Source of the DNA: Kiritimatiellia bacterium | GTDB taxonomy: Bacteria > Verrucomicrobiota > Kiritimatiellia > RFP12 > UBA1067 | Assembly (NCBI GenBank): GCA_017631385.1 | Contig: JAGBTH010000140.1 | Span: 1 to 58,229, forward strand | Direction: 5' to 3' | Length of the DNA: 58,229 bases | Part shown: positions 43,601 through 51,886 of the stretch, piece after piece | How the letters are laid out: the number at the start of each line of letters is the position of its first letter | Numbering within the stretch: the stretch's first letter is position 1 | Notes under the pieces: generated by a model | Database searches by the model: none | The model's input: the letters and a program-made list of their open reading frames with translations, nothing else | What the model was told of the DNA's origin: nothing | Made by a program: the position numbers and the translations under genes

Positions 43601-43913
43601 TGTACAAACCTCCTATCGTCAAGATGAGTCTGGGGTACTGAACTCGAACGCTAGAAACTTTCCAGTTAGCACCCATAAACTTCACATAGCGTATCGACTT
43701 GACATTCTCATTAGCAAATGGATCGGCTACTATGCTGATCTCATTTGTAATATTAATGTTGTCGTTAATATCACCAGAGGACTCTGATCTACGGGTCCAT
43801 TGAATTACATCGCCGCGATGGTCGCGCTCGGTGATAACTTCCTTCCATACACCAGGTTTAGTCTCTTTCAACACTGCGTAGCCGATAGGGCCAAAGAATT
43901 TAGCCATGTCCAT
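43584..43913 (-). CDS. head-tail adaptor / head-closure protein
   Basis: ...IRYVKFMGANWKVSSVRVQYPRLILTIGG is a typical adaptor C-terminus. It lies downstream of the capsid gene. Confidence 0.55.
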   Translation of the reverse strand: MDMAKFFGPIGYAVLKETKPGVWKEVITERDHRGDVIQWTRRSESSGDINDNINITNEISIVADPFANENVKSIRYVKFMGANWKVSSVRVQYPRLILTIGGLYNGKQA

Positions 43914-43934
43914 TTACTCCATTTTGAATTTTAA

Positions 43935-45683
43935 TTAAGCGCCAGCCTCAACGCACTCGAGAGCGATTGCAGAGTAGGGCTTGATAAGCGCGCCAGAGCA
44001 ACGAGTCTCGATAAGGTACTTCTGCTGGTTGTAGTCGATGTCGAAGTCGTCGAACATGTTAACAGCGCCACCCTTATCTGCACCTACGTTGTAGTCCTTA
44101 AGGTTGACGATGATACCCATGAGGTCGCCGCCATTCTTACCCTTAGCACCCTCCATAACGGGAACCGTAACGATCTCCTTTACGCGAAGAGTGTTAGCGA
44201 GCTTAGCTACGGAATCATAGAGGGGATGACCGATACCGTCCTCGATAAGAAGGCACTCGGTAAGAACATCCTCGGTGGTGTAGAGTACGGGCTCGCCGGA
44301 ACCCTTGTAGTTCTTTCTTGCTCTGATAGCAGCCTTGATGAACGCCTTAGCCTTAACATCTTCAGCAGCACCGTTGGCAACGTTTACTGTAGCCTTGATG
44401 GTGTAGAGGTCCTCATCGTTGAAGATGGGGCGGATGTTCTGCTCGTTGATCTTGTCGTCGGAAGAAGCGAGACGACCGTCGCCGATAAGGAATGCACGAG
44501 CAAGCTCCTCATCGAGCATCATTCTCATCTCGGCCTTGATCCACGCTACTACGTCGAAGTCGGTGATGTCGACTACATCGTCGCGATCGAGCTTCTGCTT
44601 CTTGTAGACCGTGGTAGGAGTAGTGGTTCTCTTAAGAAGCGAGAACACCTCATCCTTCTTAAGATTGCCCTTGATGTAACCCTTTGCTCTTGCGTCCTCT
44701 TCGGTGATGTTAGCGAACATGGACTTGATACGAGAGAAGGGAGTGTGGTGTACGGCAGCCATAACCTTAGCTACCCAACCGGTATCTCTCTTGATGAACT
44801 CGGGGGGAGTGTTGAGGTTCTTAGCCTCGGGGAAGAGCCAGTCGATATCCTCGATACCGTGCTGGAGTACAGCATCCTTAAGGCTGCCGTAGCGCTTTGC
44901 GTCACCCATGATTGCCTCGATGTCCGAGTGGGTGAGTACATTCTCGTTGTTTTCGGTCTGATCAAATGCGTTGTGCTTCACGTTAGTTTCTCCTTCGTTA
45001 TTGTTATTGTTTTTAGAGTCTTCGATTGCCTGGCCGATGATCGCGTAAACTACGTTCTTCTGCTTCTCGGTCAGAGTTTCAAATACATCGGCAACGGTTT
45101 CTTCCTTGCCAGTATTTTCGGTCTTCTTGGTTTCTTCTGCCATGGTGGCCTCCTTTGTTGTTTCGGACTTTTCCGACTTTTCTTCGGCGTGAGACAGATC
45201 AATGCCTTCGCCGGTAAATATGCAAGCTTCTTCGCTATGCGCGAGCGCGTCGACCAGCTCGTCGTCGCTCATGTTATCCACATCTACGCCGTGGGCAAGA
45301 ACATTTTCAATTCGTGCGCCCTTATTGGCACCAGCAAGAACGAGGCTTAATTCACGGATTGATCCATGGATCACGTTACTGCCCTGCTGTTTAAGCTCGT
45401 TGGCATAGATTGATAGACTTTTAACGTCGCCGTGCTGAACTAAAAGCTTGGCTGTCTTACCCGCTTCGGTGTCGTTGAACGAGCCATATGCGAATACGCC
45501 TTCTTCTCTATTCTCGAGAAGTGCATGTCCAAGAACCTCATTCGGGTCGTTGTGCTGGTGATTCCAAACTAACGGAACGATTTCGCCGTTGTTGTGCTTA
45601 AATGCATCTTTCATGATAACGCGTCCATCAGAGCATCTAATGTTAGCTTTGGTCGCCCAGCCGCTAAAATCATATTTAGCCAT
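43935..45683 (-). CDS. prohead protease (HK97/S78-like) fused to an HK97-fold major capsid protein
   Basis: N-terminus: VPLVWNHQHNDPNEVLGHA...SLSIYAN...IRELSLVLAGANKGA. An acidic/E-K linker follows. The C-terminal approximately 340 aa are capsid-like. Start trimmed to MAKYDFSGW behind GGAGGAAAAATTCAAA. Confidence 0.8.
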   Translation of the reverse strand: MAKYDFSGWATKANIRCSDGRVIMKDAFKHNNGEIVPLVWNHQHNDPNEVLGHALLENREEGVFAYGSFNDTEAGKTAKLLVQHGDVKSLSIYANELKQQGSNVIHGSIRELSLVLAGANKGARIENVLAHGVDVDNMSDDELVDALAHSEEACIFTGEGIDLSHAEEKSEKSETTKEATMAEETKKTENTGKEETVADVFETLTEKQKNVVYAIIGQAIEDSKNNNNNEGETNVKHNAFDQTENNENVLTHSDIEAIMGDAKRYGSLKDAVLQHGIEDIDWLFPEAKNLNTPPEFIKRDTGWVAKVMAAVHHTPFSRIKSMFANITEEDARAKGYIKGNLKKDEVFSLLKRTTTPTTVYKKQKLDRDDVVDITDFDVVAWIKAEMRMMLDEELARAFLIGDGRLASSDDKINEQNIRPIFNDEDLYTIKATVNVANGAAEDVKAKAFIKAAIRARKNYKGSGEPVLYTTEDVLTECLLIEDGIGHPLYDSVAKLANTLRVKEIVTVPVMEGAKGKNGGDLMGIIVNLKDYNVGADKGGAVNMFDDFDIDYNQQKYLIETRCSGALIKPYSAIALECVEAGA

Positions 45684-46950
45684 TTTGAATTTTTCCTCCT
45701 TCTTCTTTATTTTGCTCGGTTGCTTCATCTTCGAGATTCTCCGGAGAAGTCGGTTCGAGACCTTCTGTCGACTGGTTGATGTTGCTATTGATTAGCTTGT
45801 CAGCCTTCGGATCGTCAGAGGGTTGCATTCCGATGATCTGGCGGAATTCGTTCTTCGACATGATCTCGTTACGCGTAAACTTGTCCGCGATCTCGGCAAG
45901 ATTGTCGATGGGGACGAGCTTAAACGGATCTCGGAAGAACAAAATCGAGTGTTTCTGCGATCGAGCGGTTTTTGTTAGAAACTTTCGTTTCATTTCGTCA
46001 ACAATTGCTGATAATATAGGCTCAATAGTCCTATTGTTGTAGTTGAGCATTGTCTTCTCGTCAGCGGTTCCATCTAATACAGCTTGTGTCATTCCTAACT
46101 GGCTATATAGCATGCTCGTCAAGTATTCGATCTGCTTCATTAGATTGTTTTCCACTGGACGATTCAACTGTGTAATACGCTCTGTACCATCGGTATAAGC
46201 GATACCATACTTTGAACCTGCCAACTGCATCTCTATGTCTTTGCGCCTATTTTCGGCCTGTTGACGTCTTGTTTCGGTTTTGATGACGTAGGGTAGCTGA
46301 ATGATAAGATCCAGCTTACCGGATCCGCTCTGTTCGTCTATTGCGTCTAGGAGGTTTAACTTTCTAGTCAAACGCTGTAGAGTTGAACTCGGCTCGTTCA
46401 TCACCGCGAATAGCGGATTTTCTATGATGGCTACTGTACTTTTGGGAAGTATCAGCTCCTCTTTCCTACCAGTTCGGTCGTTATAGACCTGAAGTCTCAC
46501 CTTACTAGGAAACCATTCCAGAATCTTACCGGTTCTGATTGAATGGATATCATACGATCCGCTAACTGCCGGATCTAGCGACGTGTCTATCGGGACTAGC
46601 GCTACGACACCTTCGTCCAGCATTGATAATACGCAGTCCATGATAAAAGCTCGCCCGGTCTGGTCCATATTAGCCTCCAGAGTTAGACACTGGTCCAAGC
46701 CATCGGTTATGTAGGAATTGAATCTGTTTTTATCGTCGAGCTTAACATGACGAATGTTTATTGCGGCAACATCCATCGCTATTCTGTTACAAATAGCCGT
46801 TATGATCGAACGTTCGTTACCCTTAGTTAGTCGCGGTCTATCGGGGCGGTATGTATTGCCGCTACCGAGATCGTGATAGTAAGCGGTGGGGTCTCGATTG
46901 AAGAAAGCGTTCCAGGCATGTCTCAACCTAGATCCAAATGATTCTCCCAT
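45676..46950 (-). CDS. putative portal protein
   Basis: 424 aa, located between the TerL and protease-capsid genes. No motif recognised with certainty. Confidence 0.6.
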   Translation of the reverse strand: MGESFGSRLRHAWNAFFNRDPTAYYHDLGSGNTYRPDRPRLTKGNERSIITAICNRIAMDVAAINIRHVKLDDKNRFNSYITDGLDQCLTLEANMDQTGRAFIMDCVLSMLDEGVVALVPIDTSLDPAVSGSYDIHSIRTGKILEWFPSKVRLQVYNDRTGRKEELILPKSTVAIIENPLFAVMNEPSSTLQRLTRKLNLLDAIDEQSGSGKLDLIIQLPYVIKTETRRQQAENRRKDIEMQLAGSKYGIAYTDGTERITQLNRPVENNLMKQIEYLTSMLYSQLGMTQAVLDGTADEKTMLNYNNRTIEPILSAIVDEMKRKFLTKTARSQKHSILFFRDPFKLVPIDNLAEIADKFTRNEIMSKNEFRQIIGMQPSDDPKADKLINSNINQSTEGLEPTSPENLEDEATEQNKEEGGKIQNG

Positions 46951-46990
46951 TTTGAATTTTCTCCTTTACTACTGGTTCGGGTTAGCGTCG

Positions 46991-47467
46991 TCAACGTATA
47001 GTACCAAACATCGTATCTATAGGCGTACGCAAAAATTTAATCATATCGGGTACGGCCGATATGATATCCCAATTGTCCTTTGTAAATTTTGCCAGCTCGA
47101 CCGTATCTGCTATGAGTTTAGCTCCTCCGATCACTCCCAACGCGGTCAAGGCGACGCGGGCGCCGCGGCTCATTTGGGTAGCGCGTTTTGCTTCTTTGTA
47201 TTCAGCCTTTGCCGCTTTAGTGGCTTCTCTGAACTTCTTTTCCGCAGCTGACGATCGAGCTAAGTCTTCCTTCGAAAGAGTCTGACCTCTCTTATAAGAT
47301 TTTTCGATATCGTTGATTTCGCGCTCGTACTCATCAAACGCATCTTTTGTGCGTTTCTTATACGTACGCTTAGCTTCTTTCCTTAAAGCTCTTCTTACTC
47401 CCCACTTCATTCCGGGTACGCCGTAATGGTAGAGTTCGTTAGACGTTGTATGGTTATAAGCCCACAT
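46991..47467 (-). CDS. YHYGVPGMKWGVRR-tag protein, paralogue 2 (158 aa)
   Basis: N-terminus ...NELYHYGVPGMKWGVRRALRKE, a basic coiled coil and a C-terminal hydrophobic segment. Confidence 0.65.
   Translation of the reverse strand: MWAYNHTTSNELYHYGVPGMKWGVRRALRKEAKRTYKKRTKDAFDEYEREINDIEKSYKRGQTLSKEDLARSSAAEKKFREATKAAKAEYKEAKRATQMSRGARVALTALGVIGGAKLIADTVELAKFTKDNWDIISAVPDMIKFLRTPIDTMFGTIR
47408..47440. repeat. 33-nt repeat identical to 49574..49606
   Basis: CATTCCGGGTACGCCGTAATGGTAGAGTTCGTT, which encodes NELYHYGVPGM. Confidence 0.9.
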
Positions 47468-47482
47468 TCGTGTTTTCCTCCT

Positions 47483-49228
47483 TTACTCAAAAGCATCTCT
47501 GTTGTTTTTATAAGCAATATACGCGTCCATCATAGCTGCTACTGCGTCTATCTTCTGGGCGTATCGCTTTTTGTGTAGTTTACGGTTTCCGTTTGTATCT
47601 TCGAGAGTGATACAGTTACCCATGGCGAATGACATGAGTTCTTCGTCAAATAAAAGAAGCCGCTCTTCGGACAGCTTTTTAAGCTCACCCAAAGGAACGG
47701 ATTCCGTCTTTGCACCCTGTATTACTTTTTCAATACCAAAAGGACCGTTTTCTGCTTCCCATCTAGCTATGAAGTCTTTCGCGTTGTAAGGGTCGAAGCC
47801 CAAACATCTGACATCATAACCCGAGTCGGCGATGTGCCGGTCTAAGTCCTCGTAAACATCGATCATATCTAGAACCGTGCCGTCCAGCACGACCAAACTA
47901 CCTTCTTCCATAAACTCGTTGTACTTCTGACGCATTGCCGACGGAAGTTTTGAAAGAGTTAGCGAAGATATGTAGTTACGAGTCTTTATACCGAACGCGC
48001 CGTTTGGTAATGGGAATAAGAATGTAAATGCGCAGAAGTCATCGCCTTGCGAAAGGTCGGCTCCCATTGCGCATGGCATGTTCCAGAAATCTCGTTTTTT
48101 ATGGGGGAGGGTTTCTTCATATGTGAAGTAATATGTATAACCCTCCATCGGGATTCCGAAACGTTTTGCCAAAATATCATTTCGAGTAGCGGGAGCTTTC
48201 TCGGCTCTCTCTACGTCCAAGTGATAAGTTTCATAGGTTACTGTCTTACCGAGATTCGGATTTGCCTTGACCCACTTGTCGGGGTCCGCCACCTCGTCTA
48301 CGGAATCCAGTTTGTAGTACCAGATTGATACGTGGGGGTTAATGTAGTCACCTTTTAAGATGTCCATTAACTCCATTTTGATTGTGTCGCCGGAGCCATT
48401 ACGAACCGTACCCTCTGAACTGATCGCAACTATTAGATAGTCGTCGTTCTTCGAGGCACCCTGCTCGATAGCACCGATTACATCCTCGCGTATGTCTCCC
48501 GAGAGCCATTCGTCGACCGTGGCGATCTTACACCTTAGACCCTGGAGCTTATCAATGCTCATAGGTCTTACCTCTAAGAGCGAACCGGTTAGGAAGTTCT
48601 CAACACCCTTCTTGGTGGATGCCAACTTCACTCGATTCGACTTAGATCCGGTCGTGTTCTGGATGGAGCCTTCGGTGAGGAACTTAAATAGTGGTCCTCT
48701 GGCTCTGGTGATGGCGGTTCGGATCGGAGACATCACCTCTTCGGCCTGCTTCATGGTAGGAGCGGTCGTAATCTGGTGCGTGGTGGACGTGTCAACATTC
48801 AAGAAGTAGTTCTGAATGCACGACGCGTACATCGATTTGGCTGCACCTCTGGCTATGATGAGGTACTGTTTGTTGATGAGACGCTTCTTCGTACGCTTTG
48901 TAACATACCGACCGCCGTGACCATCCGGAGATGGCTGGTAGACGGTACGTTCGACGAAGTAATACCATCCGAATATCTGCTCAGCCCAAAGCTTAAAGGT
49001 GTCCAGAAGATGCAGATCTTCGCCATCGGTTAGCGTGAGCTCGTGTTCGCAGTACTTGACAAAACCCTCTACGGCTTTATCATCGTAGTAGATTCCCGGA
49101 TTATCGATAAGATCGTCGATTCGGTTCATCTCCATCTCGATGGTCTTGCATACCGGGATCTCACCTCGCATTACGGCATCTCTGAACTGACCGTAATACT
49201 TTGGTACGGCTGTGTTTGATAATGCCAT
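47483..49228 (-). CDS. terminase large subunit
   Basis: Terminase_1-like layout: LIIARGAAKSMYAS (P-loop-like), ATVDEW (Walker B) and a C-terminal nuclease region ...KIDAVAAMMDA. Confidence 0.85.
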   Translation of the reverse strand: MALSNTAVPKYYGQFRDAVMRGEIPVCKTIEMEMNRIDDLIDNPGIYYDDKAVEGFVKYCEHELTLTDGEDLHLLDTFKLWAEQIFGWYYFVERTVYQPSPDGHGGRYVTKRTKKRLINKQYLIIARGAAKSMYASCIQNYFLNVDTSTTHQITTAPTMKQAEEVMSPIRTAITRARGPLFKFLTEGSIQNTTGSKSNRVKLASTKKGVENFLTGSLLEVRPMSIDKLQGLRCKIATVDEWLSGDIREDVIGAIEQGASKNDDYLIVAISSEGTVRNGSGDTIKMELMDILKGDYINPHVSIWYYKLDSVDEVADPDKWVKANPNLGKTVTYETYHLDVERAEKAPATRNDILAKRFGIPMEGYTYYFTYEETLPHKKRDFWNMPCAMGADLSQGDDFCAFTFLFPLPNGAFGIKTRNYISSLTLSKLPSAMRQKYNEFMEEGSLVVLDGTVLDMIDVYEDLDRHIADSGYDVRCLGFDPYNAKDFIARWEAENGPFGIEKVIQGAKTESVPLGELKKLSEERLLLFDEELMSFAMGNCITLEDTNGNRKLHKKRYAQKIDAVAAMMDAYIAYKNNRDAFE

Positions 49229-49246
49229 TTTGAATTTCTCACCTAC

Positions 49247-49615
49247 TTACTTCTTAATAAACGCGGAAGCTACCTTTTTGCCGGCTTTAACCAGTTTGTT
49301 GCTGTTATCGTAAAGGGTGCACACCGTACCCATAACGGCAGCGGCGCCTATTACATAACCCCAACCCTTTTTCACAGCATTCGGATTTAGGCTCTTATAC
49401 TCTCTTTCGAGTCTGGTTCTCTCGTTAAGAGCCCTGATTTCAGCATTACTCATCTGCTTGAGGCTTTTACGTTTCGTCTCGGAAGCAGCTCTGGCCTCGG
49501 AGGACCAGTTTTCCGACTCGGCACGACGTTTGTTTCTGTCGGCTGTTTTTTGACGTCTTCTCACACCCCATCGCATTCCGGGTACGCCGTAATGGTAGAG
49601 TTCGTTGTTGTACAT
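49247..49615 (-). CDS. YHYGVPGMRWGVRR-tag protein, paralogue 3 (122 aa)
   Basis: MYNNELYHYGVPGMRWGVRRRQK, a basic region and a C-terminal hydrophobic GWGYVIGAAAVMGTVCTL. Confidence 0.65.
   Translation of the reverse strand: MYNNELYHYGVPGMRWGVRRRQKTADRNKRRAESENWSSEARAASETKRKSLKQMSNAEIRALNERTRLEREYKSLNPNAVKKGWGYVIGAAAVMGTVCTLYDNSNKLVKAGKKVASAFIKK
49574..49606. repeat. 33-nt repeat identical to 47408..47440
   Basis: Exact identity read directly from the sequence. Confidence 0.9.
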
Positions 49616-49630
49616 GACGTGTTTCCCTCC

Positions 49631-50713
49631 TTAAATATAGTGAATGGATTTCAGCTTATCGAAGCTCCAGTCGAACAGCATAAATCTCTTATGCGTTCCA
49701 ACATAGTCTTCTTTGTCCGACCATTCGTCTGTTTTATTCCCGGAAGAGAGTCTTCGGACCATTATTCCGTGAATATCGGTATCCGATTCACTATGAAGAT
49801 GGCCGGCATGAACCTCCCTAATATTCGCCTTTGCGAACTGCTCTGCAAAAGCCACCGGGAATATAGAGGCTAAATTGCGAGGTGTTGCTTGCTTGGAGTC
49901 TCCGTGGGTTATCATGATCGTGTTTTTGCCGTAGCTTATGCACTTTCTGAACTCCATAGAGTCGTCTACGATATCGGAACCGTAACGCTCGAGGAGAACC
50001 TGCGTAAACATCCACGATATACTCCTGTCATGATTACCGGGAGAATATAAAACTTTAACATTGTTGGCATGACTAATAGCCGTATCGATAATGGCATACA
50101 TAAACGTTTGCCCTTCCTTTACGGCTCTCTTCATATCAACTTTTTCGATAAGCGTACCTTTGGTGGTGTGCCCATTCACGATACTATCGTTATGGAAGAA
50201 ATCCTGGCCAAACGGGATAAATATAGTATCCCAATTCCGACTAGTTATAAGTTCTAGGATTGAATTGAGAACCGGCCGATAGTGATCAAGGAACGCCACA
50301 CCCCAATGCATGTCGAATAAGGGTATTTCCAACATGCCATGAGAATCGTTTCTCTCTACCGGAATGTAAGTATAAGGTTCGACTTTACCCTCGATAGCTT
50401 CTATGAATTTCTCAGGGTCTACATCGGTAGCCTTCTGTTTAATCCATGCTTGTACTATCTCGCCGTCGGCTGAGACTTGCACGGTTGCGTCGTGGGCTAT
50501 AAAGCCCTTATACGTTCCCGCGGCTAGGGTCTCGTCGTCTGGGTACCCCTTCTTTTCCCATCGCCTTATCATGGAGTCGAACCCGCTAAAAGCCGTGGGT
50601 TTATCGAAATGGTGTTTGAAGTACGAGTCGTAGATCTCCCTTGTGGTGAGACCCTTTTCTCGCAGTTCAACGCAACTTCGCTTAACCTCGATGGGTATTC
50701 TGTTTCTTATCAA
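49631..50713 (-). CDS. calcineurin-like metallophosphoesterase with N-terminal HTH-like segment
   Basis: DMHWG, GQDFFHND, PGNHDR, ITHGD and AGHLHSE. N-terminus VELREKGLTTREIYDSY. Confidence 0.75.
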   Translation of the reverse strand: MIRNRIPIEVKRSCVELREKGLTTREIYDSYFKHHFDKPTAFSGFDSMIRRWEKKGYPDDETLAAGTYKGFIAHDATVQVSADGEIVQAWIKQKATDVDPEKFIEAIEGKVEPYTYIPVERNDSHGMLEIPLFDMHWGVAFLDHYRPVLNSILELITSRNWDTIFIPFGQDFFHNDSIVNGHTTKGTLIEKVDMKRAVKEGQTFMYAIIDTAISHANNVKVLYSPGNHDRSISWMFTQVLLERYGSDIVDDSMEFRKCISYGKNTIMITHGDSKQATPRNLASIFPVAFAEQFAKANIREVHAGHLHSESDTDIHGIMVRRLSSGNKTDEWSDKEDYVGTHKRFMLFDWSFDKLKSIHYI

Positions 50714-50724
50714 TTCGCATCACC

Positions 50725-51054
50725 TCACTTGTCGGCGATCACGGACAGACGCCATTGCGCTTCGTCAGCCGAGCGTTTAAGAGCGTCCGCCATGGTTGAA
50801 CTTTGAGGTGGGTCGAATGAGAGTTTTACTTTTGCGTAGACGAAGGTTTTCACCCTCTCTAATCTCAGGTCTCCAGAAGTGAAGTCACTCCATATCGAGG
50901 TGTCATCGTAGATTATGAATCCCTCGGGAGGACCCACTCCGATGTCGGTTAGGTCTCCCAAAGCGGAGTTGATATGTACGATAATCTCCTGATCGAAGTG
51001 GTCGTCTTCATGGATACCGAGCATTTGCTTAATCGTTGTAAGTATGCTCTCCAT
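50725..51054 (-). CDS. gp6-like head-tail connector protein
   Basis: MESILTTIKQMLGIHEDDHFDQEIIVHINSALGDL...LSFDPPQSS...EAQWRL. Start trimmed to MESIL behind AAGGAGAAAATTCAAA. Confidence 0.6.
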   Translation of the reverse strand: MESILTTIKQMLGIHEDDHFDQEIIVHINSALGDLTDIGVGPPEGFIIYDDTSIWSDFTSGDLRLERVKTFVYAKVKLSFDPPQSSTMADALKRSADEAQWRLSVIADK

Positions 51055-51068
51055 TTTGAATTTTCTCC

Positions 51069-51494
51069 TTATGTGTGTCGCCAAGGACACGTGTCGTTTC
51101 TCATTCTCTCGATCGGACCTTGGTAAAGCAACTCGTCGTTACCATAATGTATGGCGTCGTGAGTATTCTTTATGGTGCTTATTAGGTATTCCGGATCGAG
51201 AAGAAACTTAGTTCTGTATAACAAGTCTTCTACGGTTATGGGGTTCATATGATGGACTATAATTCTCTGTCCTTCTGCGAACTCGCGACCAGGCATGGCT
51301 AGATCGCAGCCATCTCGAATGATGACTTTATCGCGGACGGCTAGCCACTCTCTATCCCTAGTGTAGAATTCTTGGTTGAGGTATCTGTCGAATCCGAACG
51401 TCTCTTCTCCGACTCTACCTCCTAGCTTTAGGTATTTGTAACGGTCAATAAAGGTCGGGATTTCGATTAGTTCACTATAAGTCCTGATCTTCAT
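51069..51494 (-). CDS. HNH endonuclease
   Basis: RIIVHHMNPITVEDL...DPEYLISTIKNTHDAIHYG. The start is uncertain (51494 or 51503) and overlaps the upstream gene. Confidence 0.75.
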   Translation of the reverse strand: MKIRTYSELIEIPTFIDRYKYLKLGGRVGEETFGFDRYLNQEFYTRDREWLAVRDKVIIRDGCDLAMPGREFAEGQRIIVHHMNPITVEDLLYRTKFLLDPEYLISTIKNTHDAIHYGNDELLYQGPIERMRNDTCPWRHT

Positions 51495-51819
51495 CGTAAT
51501 CATCACCTTGTCCGTTGTAGTTTCGCATAGCTTTGAGAGCATCTGCGTATAGTTCTTCGACCCTTTTCTGGGACTTTAGAGCCTCTGTCTTGGCGGTAAT
51601 TAGCTCTTTCTGCTTTTCAAGAATCTCTTTTTCGAGTCTTTCTTTGGCAGTGCCAAGTTTTAAAAAGTGAGTAATTACCTGAGAAGAAGCGGTTCCATCT
51701 CTAAGTTGTTTCTCGGCTAAGTCGACCGCATAGGAAATCATCTGATTTTCCCTGGCTTCCGGGGATAGAGCCGGTCTTCTCTTTTGAGGTTCGGAAGAAC
51801 TTGCTATCTTAGCAGGCAT
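51475..51819 (-). CDS. possible small terminase subunit
   Basis: ALSPEARENQMISYAVDLAEKQLRDGTASSQVITHFLKLGT plus a coiled coil. The call rests on position and on recollection of similar TerS N-termini. Confidence 0.45.
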   Translation of the reverse strand: MPAKIASSSEPQKRRPALSPEARENQMISYAVDLAEKQLRDGTASSQVITHFLKLGTAKERLEKEILEKQKELITAKTEALKSQKRVEELYADALKAMRNYNGQGDDYDEDQDL

Positions 51820-51886
51820 CTGTTATACCGCCTCCTTCTCTTTGGTTATGTTTTGGCTAACGCTCTGTCTAGCGGCTTGGAAGGTG

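Noticed and set aside
42492-45350. Plus-strand ORFs of 268 aa (42492..43298) and 374 aa (44226..45350) antisense to the tail tube and capsid genes
   Set aside because: They are shadow ORFs opposite highly expressed, codon-biased structural genes. They have no RBS and their sequences do not look protein-like.
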